From the NCBI GenBank assembly GCA_016207165.1, contig JACQQD010000012.1, positions 32,001-96,000 on the forward strand: 64,000 bases of DNA, read 5' to 3'. The notes under the pieces were generated by a model, which saw only the letters and a list, made by a program, of their open reading frames with translations, searched no databases and was not told the origin of the DNA. Positions within the stretch are counted from its first letter, which is position 1, and each line of letters opens with the position of its first letter. This document shows, piece after piece, positions 10,248-20,347 of the stretch. Source of the DNA: Candidatus Micrarchaeota archaeon (GTDB lineage Archaea; Micrarchaeota; Micrarchaeia; Norongarragalinales; Norongarragalinaceae). The translations under genes and the position numbers were made by a program.

Positions 10248-11108
10248 ATGCCCATGGAGAAAGTGCTCATCACCGGCGCCAACGGCTATCTGGGAGCGCG
10301 GCTTGCCGAACAACTGCAATCCGGCTACGACGTCATCGGACTGGTCCGAAGCCAAAAAAAAATGCCGTTTGAAAGCGTCGTTCACGACTTAAGCTCGCCG
10401 GACCAGCTGGAAGTGGACTTTGACGCCGCCATCCACGTGGCCGCCATGGAGCCGGACGCATGCCGAAAAGACCCGGTACAAGCGGAGCGCACCAACGTTT
10501 TCGGAACCATCAAACTCCTGGAAGCCGCCAGGAAAAACAAGGCCGAAAAGTTCATCTACGCATCCACCGGATCCGTATACGGCCCAAACGAAAAGCCCGC
10601 CCGCGAAACCATGGCCGTGAATTGCCAGGACGCGTATTGCAGAACCAAATACGGGGGGGAATTGGCCGCGCGACGCTTCAGCCGGTTCTTCCCGGTTTGC
10701 ACGCTGCGTTACTTTTTTCCCTACGGCCCCGGAACACACCCCAGCCGGCTAGTGCAACGAATGGTCAAACACATCCAAACAGGGCAACCCGTTGAACTAA
10801 ACAACGGGAATCGCCCGCAACTCAATCCCCTGTACATCGATGACGTGGTGGCCGCCACCCGCCTTGCGTTGGAACAGGACACCGGCGCGCATGCCGTTCT
10901 GAACGTGGCCGGCGAGGAAAAAACGGACATCCGGGACTTGGCGGAAAAAATCGGCCGCGCCCTCGGCGGGAAGAAACCGGTTTTCAAAAGAACCGGGAAA
11001 ACGTGCTCCAATTACTTGGCGGACATCACCGAGCTAAAAAAAACAGGCTTCCGGCAACGATACTCGCTGGAAGAAGGAATCCTCAAGACGGTTCAAGCCA
11101 CGGCGTAG
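10248..11108 (+). CDS. NAD-dependent epimerase/dehydratase (extended SDR)
   Basis: TGANGYLG and YCRTK (YxxxK). Confidence 0.9.
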   Translation: MPMEKVLITGANGYLGARLAEQLQSGYDVIGLVRSQKKMPFESVVHDLSSPDQLEVDFDAAIHVAAMEPDACRKDPVQAERTNVFGTIKLLEAARKNKAEKFIYASTGSVYGPNEKPARETMAVNCQDAYCRTKYGGELAARRFSRFFPVCTLRYFFPYGPGTHPSRLVQRMVKHIQTGQPVELNNGNRPQLNPLYIDDVVAATRLALEQDTGAHAVLNVAGEEKTDIRDLAEKIGRALGGKKPVFKRTGKTCSNYLADITELKKTGFRQRYSLEEGILKTVQATA

Positions 11109-11112
11109 GCCA

Positions 11113-12282
11113 TCACGTGGCCGGCCGCGTGTACTTGATGTAGAAACTCTTGGGAACCAGTTCCGTTTTGTACATGAGCCAGAAAAGCGGCCGCAGCATG
11201 CGGAACGTGGGGTGATACGTCTCAAAGTCCTTGTGCGTCCGATGCGGCGCACGCAGTATCTCTTCAAACTCCTCGTCGCTTAAGTTCAACCGTTTCTTGA
11301 CTTCCTCCGTGACTTCGTCGTCGTAGGGCACCGGAGTCTTGAGTTCTTCCAGGGCCGCCTCGCGGCTTAACTGCCCGGAGCGGACCATGGCGGCCAATTC
11401 CGTGTAACGCAGGTCCCGGCCGAATTTGCCGGCGAGAATCAAGTTATCCCCAAAAATCGTGTAGCGGTTTTCCATGTGGTGGCCGCCGTACCACTGCCAA
11501 CCAAATTCTTTCGACAGAAACGTCTTGGTTTCCTCCTTCTGGTAGTCCACGTAGTACAAAGGCCGGGCCCGCTTGATGCCTTTCAACAGCCACTTCATCC
11601 ACTTGGACAGCCACAAGTTCGGGTAATGCTTGATTTTCATCGTACCGTAGCGTTTGTGCACGCTTTCCACGTACTTGCCGTCAAAATAGAACCACCCCAA
11701 CGGCGCAAAGCCCTCGGTGCGAAACGAGTGCCCGTCCAGAATGTACTTGACGTGGTGCTTGTCCGCCGCCTCGTACAACGTGGTAATCAAGCCGATGTCG
11801 GTGACGCAATCCGCTTCCGGCACCGAAGCCTTGAGAAAGGCCCGAACCAAGTCATTGAATTCGTCGTTGTCCATGACATACGTGTACAAGTCAATGTCCA
11901 GCTTCCGAAGCACGCGGTGGATGTTCTCCACGGCGATGCGCGAATTCCACGTATTGTCAAAATGAACGGCCAAGGGGCGCAGCCCCAACTTGACTTTCGC
12001 CAGGTACAACAAATACGAGGAATCGCACCCTCCGGAAACGCCGATCACGCAATCATACTTGTTGTTCTTGCCGGAAGCCTTGATACGCTCGGCCAACTCC
12101 ACCAACTTTTTCCAGCCAGCCTCGCCCGTGGGGTACTCGCGATCCATTTGGTCGTGCATGGCGCAGTAATTGCACACGCCCCGATCGTCAAACGTGGTGC
12201 GGGGAATGGTCGTGTCATACACGCACCTCACGCAGGTTTGCCGGGGGCCGGAGCCTCGTTTTTCGTCCATCACAAAAGTCAC
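11113..12282 (-). CDS. N-acetyl sugar amidotransferase (AglX/WbpG/PseA-like)
   Basis: CVRC...GVCNYC, YDCVIGVSGGCDSS PP-loop, WYGGHHME. Confidence 0.9.
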   Translation of the reverse strand: MTFVMDEKRGSGPRQTCVRCVYDTTIPRTTFDDRGVCNYCAMHDQMDREYPTGEAGWKKLVELAERIKASGKNNKYDCVIGVSGGCDSSYLLYLAKVKLGLRPLAVHFDNTWNSRIAVENIHRVLRKLDIDLYTYVMDNDEFNDLVRAFLKASVPEADCVTDIGLITTLYEAADKHHVKYILDGHSFRTEGFAPLGWFYFDGKYVESVHKRYGTMKIKHYPNLWLSKWMKWLLKGIKRARPLYYVDYQKEETKTFLSKEFGWQWYGGHHMENRYTIFGDNLILAGKFGRDLRYTELAAMVRSGQLSREAALEELKTPVPYDDEVTEEVKKRLNLSDEEFEEILRAPHRTHKDFETYHPTFRMLRPLFWLMYKTELVPKSFYIKYTRPAT

Positions 12283-12373
12283 ACTATAGGGTCAAGCCAA
12301 TCCAAACCAAGCGGCGGACCATCGAGTCGAAGCCACGATGCCACCCCGCCTTTTGAAGCAAACCTAGGAACGA

Positions 12374-12393
12374 ATGTATATAAAACTTTACAT
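12374..12393. promoter_or_regulatory. 20-bp operator site overlapping a TATA box
   Basis: ATGTATATAAAACTTTACAT between the divergent amidotransferase and epimerase genes. Confidence 0.75.
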
Positions 12394-12471
12394 CCTCACG
12401 TACCATGGGAAATCGGAAAAAAAGAAAAGCGATCAAAAAGATTCGAACACGAAAAACCGTGGACAAACGAT

Positions 12472-13446
12472 ATGGCGAAAAACCAGGTGTTGGTAACCGG
12501 CGGCGCCGGATTCATTGGCAGCTTCGTGGTCGAACAACTCGTGCGACGAGGCAAAGACGTCGTGGTATTGGACAATTTCCGCTCCGGAAAACGCGGGAAC
12601 CTCTCGGCGGTGGCCAACCAAGTCAAAATCGTGGAAGGCGACATCCGGAGTCTGGACACCTTGGACCGCGTCATGCGGGGAATTCAAACCGTGTACCACA
12701 TGGCCGTCGAGCCCTTGACCATTGGATTGATTGACCCGTTCCTGATGGATTCCGTCAACAGCACCGGAACGCTCAACGTGTTGTACGCCGCCAAAAAACA
12801 CAAAGTCGTGCGCTTCAACTACGTGTCGTCATCCGAAGTATATGGCACGGCGAAGCATGTGCCCATGGACGAAGGCCACCCCTTGGATCCGTACACCACG
12901 TACGCGGCGTCCAAAGCCGCCGGCGAAGCGTACACGCGGGCCTACCACAACTGCTACGGCATGGACTACACCCTGATTCGGCCGTTCAACGCCTTTGGAC
13001 CCAGGCACCGCATGGACAGCTACAGCGCCGTGATCTTCCGGTTTTTGGAGCGCTTTTTGGCCGACAAACCGCCCATCGTCTACGGAACTGGAGAGCAGAC
13101 GCGGGACTTGAGCTTCGTCAAGGACTCCGCGCGCGGCATCGTGTTGGCGGGAGAATCGCCGGCCACCATCAACGACGCCATCAACATCGGCACCGGAACC
13201 GAGGTCAGCGTCAACGAAATCGCGCGCGTCATGGGGAAAGTGATGGGAAAAGACTTCGCGCCCCGGTACGAAAAAGAGCGGCCAGGCGACGTCATGCGCC
13301 ACTTGGCCGACGTGTCCAAAGCCAAGAAAGTCTTGGGCTTCAAGCCGGAACACACCTTTGAACAGGGCATCCGGGAAACGGTGGCTTGGTACAAAAACGC
13401 CCACGAGAACCACAGGCCGATTTCCGTCGGGGAAAAGAAAACGTGA
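12472..13446 (+). CDS. NDP-sugar epimerase/dehydratase (GalE-like SDR)
   Basis: TGGAGFIGS, SSSEVYG, YAASK, GEQTRD, RPGDV; start placed at MAKNQ. Confidence 0.92.
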   Translation: MAKNQVLVTGGAGFIGSFVVEQLVRRGKDVVVLDNFRSGKRGNLSAVANQVKIVEGDIRSLDTLDRVMRGIQTVYHMAVEPLTIGLIDPFLMDSVNSTGTLNVLYAAKKHKVVRFNYVSSSEVYGTAKHVPMDEGHPLDPYTTYAASKAAGEAYTRAYHNCYGMDYTLIRPFNAFGPRHRMDSYSAVIFRFLERFLADKPPIVYGTGEQTRDLSFVKDSARGIVLAGESPATINDAINIGTGTEVSVNEIARVMGKVMGKDFAPRYEKERPGDVMRHLADVSKAKKVLGFKPEHTFEQGIRETVAWYKNAHENHRPISVGEKKT

Positions 13447-13506
13447 GCAAACCAAAGGGTTTTAACTCATTGACGGAAACAGTCCCTTTCAGCGTGTGAC
13501 CATCCA

Positions 13507-16254
13507 ATGCCTGTCGAGTTCTTGCCTTTGTTGTTGGCCTTTACCGTCTTGACGGTGCCCGGCATCGCGATGAGCTTCGCGCTCTTGCGAGGCACGTCAC
13601 TGAACCGGGCGGACAAGGCGCTCTTGGGCGCGGTTTTGGGTTTTGTCGCGGTGCCGCTTCTTTCATTCGTTGAATACTTGTTTCTGGGCATCGGCTTTAG
13701 CGCGCAACTGGTTTTGGCCAATTCGCTTTTGGTGTTGTTGGCGTCGCTTTTCGCCATGCACCTGCAGGGCGCGAAAATAAAAAAGCCCTCCCTGGGCGTG
13801 GATCTTTCAGGGGGTGCCCTGGACGTCCTCAAACGACACAAGAAACCCGCCATCTACCTCGCGCTTCTGGCCATCATGGCCCTGACGTTCTACGTGCGTT
13901 TTGCGCCTGCCTTTGACGCCACGTTTTTCGAGTTTGACCCGTATTACTACGAAAAACTCACGGAGCGGCTCGTCACCGCGGGGCACATCGACGCGTTTAG
14001 CGGCGACGCGTACTACCCGGAAAAGGCGTTCCAAGCCTGGCCGCCTTTGACGCAGTACCTCACCGGATCCTGGTACCTCTTGCACCAGTTCTTCGCCGGC
14101 CAATCCTACGACAAGACCACACTGATTTTGGTTTCCCAACTTTATCCCCCGGTGGTGGCCGCGTTCATGGGCTTTGTCGCGTTTTTGCTGGTGCGCACGG
14201 AATACAACGCGTACTACGGCCTAGTTGCCGCCGGCCTCATGGCGTTCACGCCGCAATTGGTCAAAAAATTCGGGGCCGGCGTGGCCGAGACGCAGCCGTG
14301 GGCGCTTTTTGCCGCCGTGCTTTTGTTTGCGCTGGTGCTTTTGATGCTCAAGGAAAAAAGCTACCGACTCGGCGCCCTGGCCGGCATCGCCGCACTTTCC
14401 AACCTGCTGGGCAGCCAGCAATACATTTGGCCCATCATCGTGCTGGGCGTGTTCATCGGCATCCAAGGCGTCCTGTACTTCTTGTCCAACTCGTTTGACG
14501 CCAAAAAATGGCAGCTCTTGGGCCTGGTGACCGCCGGCGTGCTTTTGGGCAACACGATTTTGGCCCTGTATCAAGGCCAGTACATCATCACGTTTACCGA
14601 CCCCATTCCCATGACGCTGTTGGCGGCCTACGTTTTTGGCACCATCCTTTTTGCCGCCGCCAAGTTCCTGCCATTAAAGACCATGACGCACCGCGTCGGA
14701 GCCCTCGGCGCGATTACCGTTCTTGGAATTGTCGCCTCCAGCTTCACGCCGCTTCTGAACATTTTGGCCAACACCGTGTTAAGCCAGTCCCGCGCCGCGT
14801 TTGCGCGAGGCGCGTTGGGTCAAACCATTGCCGAGGAAGGCCGAACCGTGCCCAGCCTCTTTGAGCCCTCGTTTGGCTCATTGAATCCCCCGCTTTTGCT
14901 GGGATTGGCGGCTCTGGTCACCCTGCTGTTGGCCGTCGTGTGGCTGGCCCGCCGCGACCACGTCAAATCCGCCGGAGTCTTGGCGGTTTTCGGCTTTTCC
15001 TTGATTTTCCTCAACCCCGTGGTGGACTCCGGTCTTTCAGCCCTGGAAAAAGCCATCCAGAACCCCGACGTTTCCGGATTGATCAACCTGTTCATCCAGA
15101 ACGACGTCTTCGGATACCTGCTGATCGCCTTGGTTTCCGTGTCCGCCTTGTACCTGACGTTGCCGGAAAACCAGCGAAGCGAAACCACGCTCTTGATGGC
15201 GCTCATCGTTTTTCCCATCGCGTTTGTGGGCCTGAACAAACTCAAGTTCATCGTGCACTTGTCCGTGGGGTTGACCCTCGCTCTGCCGTACGTCTTGGGC
15301 GAAAGCCAGCGGCTCTTGGAAGCCCTCAACGAATGGTTCAAGGTGTTTGCCAATCCGGCATCGTTCCGCATCGGCGTGCTGGCGTTTTTACTAGCCATCG
15401 GAGCCTTCGGCGTCTTCGCGCAAAGCCAAACCGTGGGGCAGAGCATGACGGAATTGCAGTTCACGCGCATCCCATCGGATTGGGTGCAAGCCTACCAATG
15501 GATGAACGCCAACACCCCCGTGGATTCCCGCATCATGTCGTGGTGGGATTACGGGCACTGGACGAACTTTTTTGGCGACCGGGACTCGGTGCTGGCCCCC
15601 ACGAACTTGTACGGCAAATTCAACCACGGAGTGGCGCGGGCGTTCGTCAACGGCGACGTCGACGAGCTTTACGACCGCATGGATTTTCACCAGGCCACGC
15701 ACGTGCTGGTGGACGCCGACTTGGTCGGCAAATGGGGGGCGCTGGTGTACCTCAGCGGCACCTGCCAGCAATCCGACGTGGCCTTCTGCCCTAAAGCTCC
15801 GGACGTGAACCTCTCCAACAGCCCCGGACAAAGCAAGTACGAAACGGAACACTACTTTGAAACCCTCGCCGTGGTGGGCAACTGCCCGGCATCGCTGACC
15901 GGCGTGCCGGTTCCGGCCATGCAAAGCAGCTTCGGCCTGGTGTACTGCGTAACGCAAAACGAGTTGCTGTTGGTGACCAACGACGGCCAACTCTCCGGCA
16001 CGGCCAGGTCCTACAAACTGGTCGGCCGCGACAACATCACCCAACTCTCCGAAAACGAGTCCTACTTGTTTGCCATCGGCGAAAACCAGTTCATCAACGT
16101 CAACCCCGACCTGGAACCCTTCAACATGAAAAGCAACGTCTTTAACGCGGCATTCACGCGCCTGTACTTCTTCGAATCCCTGCCCGGCTTTGAACTGGCG
16201 TACCGGTCCCCCAACAGCCAAGTCAAAATCTTCAAGTACACCGGCCGGCCTTGA
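13507..16254 (+). CDS. aglB: Oligosaccharyltransferase STT3/AglB
   Basis: EFDPYY, TIAEE and SWWDYGHW motifs; multipass membrane protein. Confidence 0.93.
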   Translation: MPVEFLPLLLAFTVLTVPGIAMSFALLRGTSLNRADKALLGAVLGFVAVPLLSFVEYLFLGIGFSAQLVLANSLLVLLASLFAMHLQGAKIKKPSLGVDLSGGALDVLKRHKKPAIYLALLAIMALTFYVRFAPAFDATFFEFDPYYYEKLTERLVTAGHIDAFSGDAYYPEKAFQAWPPLTQYLTGSWYLLHQFFAGQSYDKTTLILVSQLYPPVVAAFMGFVAFLLVRTEYNAYYGLVAAGLMAFTPQLVKKFGAGVAETQPWALFAAVLLFALVLLMLKEKSYRLGALAGIAALSNLLGSQQYIWPIIVLGVFIGIQGVLYFLSNSFDAKKWQLLGLVTAGVLLGNTILALYQGQYIITFTDPIPMTLLAAYVFGTILFAAAKFLPLKTMTHRVGALGAITVLGIVASSFTPLLNILANTVLSQSRAAFARGALGQTIAEEGRTVPSLFEPSFGSLNPPLLLGLAALVTLLLAVVWLARRDHVKSAGVLAVFGFSLIFLNPVVDSGLSALEKAIQNPDVSGLINLFIQNDVFGYLLIALVSVSALYLTLPENQRSETTLLMALIVFPIAFVGLNKLKFIVHLSVGLTLALPYVLGESQRLLEALNEWFKVFANPASFRIGVLAFLLAIGAFGVFAQSQTVGQSMTELQFTRIPSDWVQAYQWMNANTPVDSRIMSWWDYGHWTNFFGDRDSVLAPTNLYGKFNHGVARAFVNGDVDELYDRMDFHQATHVLVDADLVGKWGALVYLSGTCQQSDVAFCPKAPDVNLSNSPGQSKYETEHYFETLAVVGNCPASLTGVPVPAMQSSFGLVYCVTQNELLLVTNDGQLSGTARSYKLVGRDNITQLSENESYLFAIGENQFINVNPDLEPFNMKSNVFNAAFTRLYFFESLPGFELAYRSPNSQVKIFKYTGRP

Positions 16255-16283
16255 CGGGCGGCAACGGCACCTATAAAAACACA

Positions 16284-16303
16284 ATGTAAAGTATACTTTA
16301 CAT
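16284..16303. promoter_or_regulatory. Perfect 20-bp palindromic operator overlapping a start codon
   Basis: ATGTAAAGTATACTTTACAT is its own reverse complement; TATAAAAA lies just upstream; last 2 nt are the AT of ATG 16302. Confidence 0.85.
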
Positions 16304-17414
16304 GCATTTTTTGGTGTTGGGCTCCAAAGAGTACCCGGTGGGGCAAGGACAAAACGCGGACCCCTTGCCTTCGGGAGGTATGGAACGATACACCCAGGAA
16401 CTAGCCGACGGCCTGAAAAAAGCCGGTCACGACGTGACGGTGGTCACCCGAAGATTCGGACGAAAAAAATACGAGGACCTCCGGGGCATCCGCGTCGAAC
16501 GCGTAGGCTGGATTTCGGGATTTTTCCTGCGCAATCCGTCGTTCAACCTCAACGCCTACCGCCGCGCGCGAAGCCTGGACTACGACGTCTGCATCGCCCA
16601 AGGCGCCCTGGCGACGTTGGCGGCGCTGGCCTTGAAGGCTGAAAAGAAAAAACCCGTCATCGCCCGGCCCGCAGGCGTGGCGTTTCTCCAACCTCAATAC
16701 CCCGCCTGGCTGAAGGCACTGCTTTACCGGTTGGAGCGGTTCGCGTACCGCCACGCCGACGCCGTCGTATTTCCCAACCCGCAAGAGCAAGAAGCGTTCA
16801 AAAAGAAACTCGGCTTCCGCCCGTCCCGCGCCGTGCTCATCCCGACGGGCGTCAACGCAAAGCGGTTCCGTCCCCGCAAAAAGGCCAAGAAACGCCAGCC
16901 CACCGTCGTGTTCGTCGGACGGCTCCAAAAAGTCAAAGGCACGCAATACCTCATTGACGCCATGGCGGGGCTGGACGCGAGACTGGACATCGTGGGAAGC
17001 GGTCCTGAAGAAAAGCACTTGAAGAAACGGGTGGCTGAAAAAGGCCTTGAAAAAAAAATCCGGTTCATGGGAAACCAAACCAATGTTGAACCCCTTCTTT
17101 CCAAAGCCGACGCATTCGTCCTGCCATCGCTGTCCGAAGGCCTGCCCATCGCGCTTCTGGAGGCCTGGGCCGCGAAGGTGCCGGCCGTGGTCACAGACAT
17201 CGGTTTGCCCGCCGAGAATGGAAAAGATGCCTTGGTCGTGAAACCCGGAGACTCCAACGCCCTGCGCCAAGCCATTGGACGCATTCTATCCAATGAGAAA
17301 CTGGCCCGCCGACTTTCAGAGAATGCGTACCGGCGCGTCATGCGGGAATACAACTGGGACCACGCCGTCAAAAAATACGTTGAGGTGGCCAAGCGCCTGT
17401 GTGCGGCATCGTAG
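16302..17414 (+). CDS. Glycosyltransferase family 4
   Basis: GGMERY, FVGRL..KG, EGLPIALLEA. Confidence 0.92.
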   Translation: MHFLVLGSKEYPVGQGQNADPLPSGGMERYTQELADGLKKAGHDVTVVTRRFGRKKYEDLRGIRVERVGWISGFFLRNPSFNLNAYRRARSLDYDVCIAQGALATLAALALKAEKKKPVIARPAGVAFLQPQYPAWLKALLYRLERFAYRHADAVVFPNPQEQEAFKKKLGFRPSRAVLIPTGVNAKRFRPRKKAKKRQPTVVFVGRLQKVKGTQYLIDAMAGLDARLDIVGSGPEEKHLKKRVAEKGLEKKIRFMGNQTNVEPLLSKADAFVLPSLSEGLPIALLEAWAAKVPAVVTDIGLPAENGKDALVVKPGDSNALRQAIGRILSNEKLARRLSENAYRRVMREYNWDHAVKKYVEVAKRLCAAS

Positions 17415-19225
17415 GCGTGCTGGGTCTTTCGGACCGGCGGCTCATTGAACGCATGAAAAAAGCCGTGGCCCACCGGGGGCCGGACCAGCATGGCACGTAC
17501 ATGGGAAAAAGCGTGATGCTGGGCCACCAGCGCCTCAGCATTCTGGACCTCTCCGAGAAAGGACGCCAACCCATGGCAGACCACGAAGGAAACGTCGTGG
17601 TGTTCAACGGAGAAATCTACAACCACAAAGCCCTGCGAGGCGAACTGGAAAAAAAAGGATACCGATTCGTCAGCCAAAGCGACACGGAAGTCCTGGTACA
17701 CGGCTTTTCCGAATGGAAGAATGCCTTGCCCGAAAAGCTGGACGGCGAATACGCGTTTGCCGCCTGGAACGAAGACCGCCGCGAACTCCTGCTGGCCCGC
17801 GATGCCCTCGGCGTCGTGCCTTTGTACGTGGCGAAAACCCGCGACGCATTCTTCTTCGCTTCCGAACCCAAGGCGTTTTTTGAATTCGAAGGCATTCAAC
17901 CCAAACTCAATTCAAGCGCGCTGGATTCGTACCTCACGTACCGCTACCCCGTGGCCCCGGACACCTTGTTTGAAGGCATCCAAAAAGTCCGGCCCGGACA
18001 CGCCCTGACGGTGAACGCCAAAATCCGTCAACGACGGTTCTACGTTCCCCCCACGCAAGAAACCGCGGTAACGGCCACCGAAGCCCAAGCCCGCATCCAA
18101 GCGCTTTTCGCCGCTTCAGTCAAAAAGCGGCTGCAAAGCGACGTTCCGTTGGGTGCGTACCTCTCCGGGGGACTGGACTCAAGCTTCATCGTCGCCCAAA
18201 TGAGCCAATGGACCAAACCCCGCACCTTCTCCGTGGCATTTGGGGCGGAAGACGACGAGACGCCGTTTGTCGAGGAAATCGTCTCCCACTACGACACGAT
18301 CCACACCCCGCTTCATGTCGAGGCGGACCGCTTCGACTTGTTGCCTCAAATCACGTGGCACCTGGACGCGCCGGCCGCGGACATCGCCGCCCTCCCGACG
18401 TACCTCATGGCGCAAGCCACCAAAAAGTACGCCACCGTGGTGTTGACCGGCGACGGCGGCGACGAAGTGTTCGCCGGCTACAACCGGTACCAGCGGCTGT
18501 TGGCCTTGGAGCGCATCCGAAAAATTCCAGCGACTTGGACGCGTGCCGCCGCCCTCTTTCTGCCGAAAACCACGGCCGCCCGCCTAACGGAAGCCATGCA
18601 CGCGAAAAGCCGCGCCGAACTGGTCGTCGCGTACAGCGCCGCGTACTCGGAAAACGAGAAAACCGCGATGGGCGTAAAACCTTCCGGCATGGCGGTCCGC
18701 TTGGCGGAAGAGTTCTTCAAAACCGACCAGACCTTTCTCAACCAAATGCTGGCCATGGACCAAGCCACGTTGCTGCCGGACGACTACCTCTTGAAAGTCA
18801 ACACGCAAAGCATGGCGCACGGCGTCGAGGCGCGCGTGCCCTTCTTGGACACGGCATTGGTCAATTACGCCGCCACCCTTCCCGCGTCGCTCAAGGCCAC
18901 GTGGAAAACCACGCGCATCATCCAACGCCGCGCCATGAAAGCCATGGGCGTGCCGGAGAAAATCCTGAAACGGAAAAAACACGGCTTCAACGTGCCCACC
19001 GCGTCCTGGCTGAAACAAGGACTGATCGGAGTGGCGGAGCAATGCTTTGAAAGCCTGGACCAAAGAAAACTCATGAAACCCGGTGCAGGCCAACGCGTGC
19101 TGAAACAATTTGACGAAAGCCCGGCGTACTTTACGCGCCAGTTCTGGACGCTGTTGGGCCTGGAACTCTGGTGCCGTGTTTACTTGGATTGCGGAAAGCC
19201 CGTCAAACCAAAGTGGAAACTCTGA
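17399..19225 (+). CDS. asnB: Asparagine synthase (glutamine-hydrolysing)-family amidotransferase, probably glycan-modifying
   Basis: MCGI Ntn cysteine, HRGPD, FNGEIYN, LSGGLDSS, EARVPFLD. Confidence 0.92.
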   Translation: MCGIVGVLGLSDRRLIERMKKAVAHRGPDQHGTYMGKSVMLGHQRLSILDLSEKGRQPMADHEGNVVVFNGEIYNHKALRGELEKKGYRFVSQSDTEVLVHGFSEWKNALPEKLDGEYAFAAWNEDRRELLLARDALGVVPLYVAKTRDAFFFASEPKAFFEFEGIQPKLNSSALDSYLTYRYPVAPDTLFEGIQKVRPGHALTVNAKIRQRRFYVPPTQETAVTATEAQARIQALFAASVKKRLQSDVPLGAYLSGGLDSSFIVAQMSQWTKPRTFSVAFGAEDDETPFVEEIVSHYDTIHTPLHVEADRFDLLPQITWHLDAPAADIAALPTYLMAQATKKYATVVLTGDGGDEVFAGYNRYQRLLALERIRKIPATWTRAAALFLPKTTAARLTEAMHAKSRAELVVAYSAAYSENEKTAMGVKPSGMAVRLAEEFFKTDQTFLNQMLAMDQATLLPDDYLLKVNTQSMAHGVEARVPFLDTALVNYAATLPASLKATWKTTRIIQRRAMKAMGVPEKILKRKKHGFNVPTASWLKQGLIGVAEQCFESLDQRKLMKPGAGQRVLKQFDESPAYFTRQFWTLLGLELWCRVYLDCGKPVKPKWKL

Positions 19226-19291
19226 AGGATTAAAAATGCAGGAGACCTACCTGAAGAAAACGCCGCGCGTCCATGAAGTGAAAAAAATCAG

Positions 19292-20290
19292 ATGAACGAG
19301 TCCATCATCCTGACAGGCCTCCTGGTGGCACTGGTCACCACATGGGCACTGACACCCTTGGTCATCAAGGCCGCCACGCGCCGCGGATTTTTGGAACACG
19401 ACGACAACAAGAAGAAAAGGCCCCTGGTTCCGGGAATGGGCGGATTCGCTATTCTCGCCGGAATGATGGCCGGCATCCTCGTCGGCATCCTGTACGGCGC
19501 CTACGCCGAACCAGACCCCTTGCTGCAACGCACGCTTTTGGCCGGGCTTTCCACCGTGGCCATGGTCGCCATCGTCGGCGCCCTGGACGACTTGTTCAAG
19601 ATCCGTTTGTGGTTCAAAACGTTGCTGCCGGTGTTGGGTTCACTTCCCCTGGTGGCCACCAAAGCCGGTCAAAGCGTGATGAACCTGCCGCTTTTAGGTA
19701 CCGTGAGCCTGGGGCCGCTGTACAACTTCGTCTTGGTGCCCTTGGGCGTCACCGGCGCGGCCAATGCCGCCAATCTGACGGCCGGCTACAACGGCTTGGA
19801 AGCCGGCTTTGGCGTGGTGGCGTTCTCCACGTTGTTGATCATCGCCGTGCAAAGCGGCGCATTTCCAGCCGCCGTTTTGTTGGCTGCTGGCCTGGGCGCG
19901 TGCATCGGTTTCCTGAAGTACAACTGGTTTCCAGCCAGAATATTTCCAGGCGACGTCGGCACGCTTTCCATCGGCGCGCTTCTGGCATCCGCGGCCATCG
20001 TGGGAAACATGGAAAAATACGCCGTCATCCTCGTGCTTCCCGTCCTCTATGAGTTGACCGCCACAGTGTACTATTCCCTCAAAGGCGTTTCCCGCCGAAA
20101 AGCCGTGCACAGCCCCGTCATCGCCATGGACGGAACCCTTTCGCCGCCCCGAGGATCAAAGTACTACAACCTGCCGCATTTCATCCTGTCACGAAAACCC
20201 CTCCGCGAACCGCACCTCGTCCGGGTTTACTTGAGCCTGTTTGCGGCATCCGGCCTTTTGGCGCTGGCGACGTTTTGGCTGGGAATCTGA
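19292..20290 (+). CDS. MraY/GPT-family UDP-GlcNAc:polyprenyl-phosphate GlcNAc-1-P transferase (AglH-like)
   Basis: PGMGG, GALDD, NLTAGYNGLEAG, NWFPARIFPGDVG. Confidence 0.88.
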   Translation: MNESIILTGLLVALVTTWALTPLVIKAATRRGFLEHDDNKKKRPLVPGMGGFAILAGMMAGILVGILYGAYAEPDPLLQRTLLAGLSTVAMVAIVGALDDLFKIRLWFKTLLPVLGSLPLVATKAGQSVMNLPLLGTVSLGPLYNFVLVPLGVTGAANAANLTAGYNGLEAGFGVVAFSTLLIIAVQSGAFPAAVLLAAGLGACIGFLKYNWFPARIFPGDVGTLSIGALLASAAIVGNMEKYAVILVLPVLYELTATVYYSLKGVSRRKAVHSPVIAMDGTLSPPRGSKYYNLPHFILSRKPLREPHLVRVYLSLFAASGLLALATFWLGI

Positions 20291-20347
20291 CGGGTTTTTC
20301 AAAACACGAAACCACATCAATGCAACGAATTCTTGCGAGACGTTTCC

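Noticed and set aside
11476-12471. N-terminal extension making the epimerase 656 aa
   Set aside because: It overlaps the minus-strand amidotransferase; the Rossmann motif starts right after ATG 12472.
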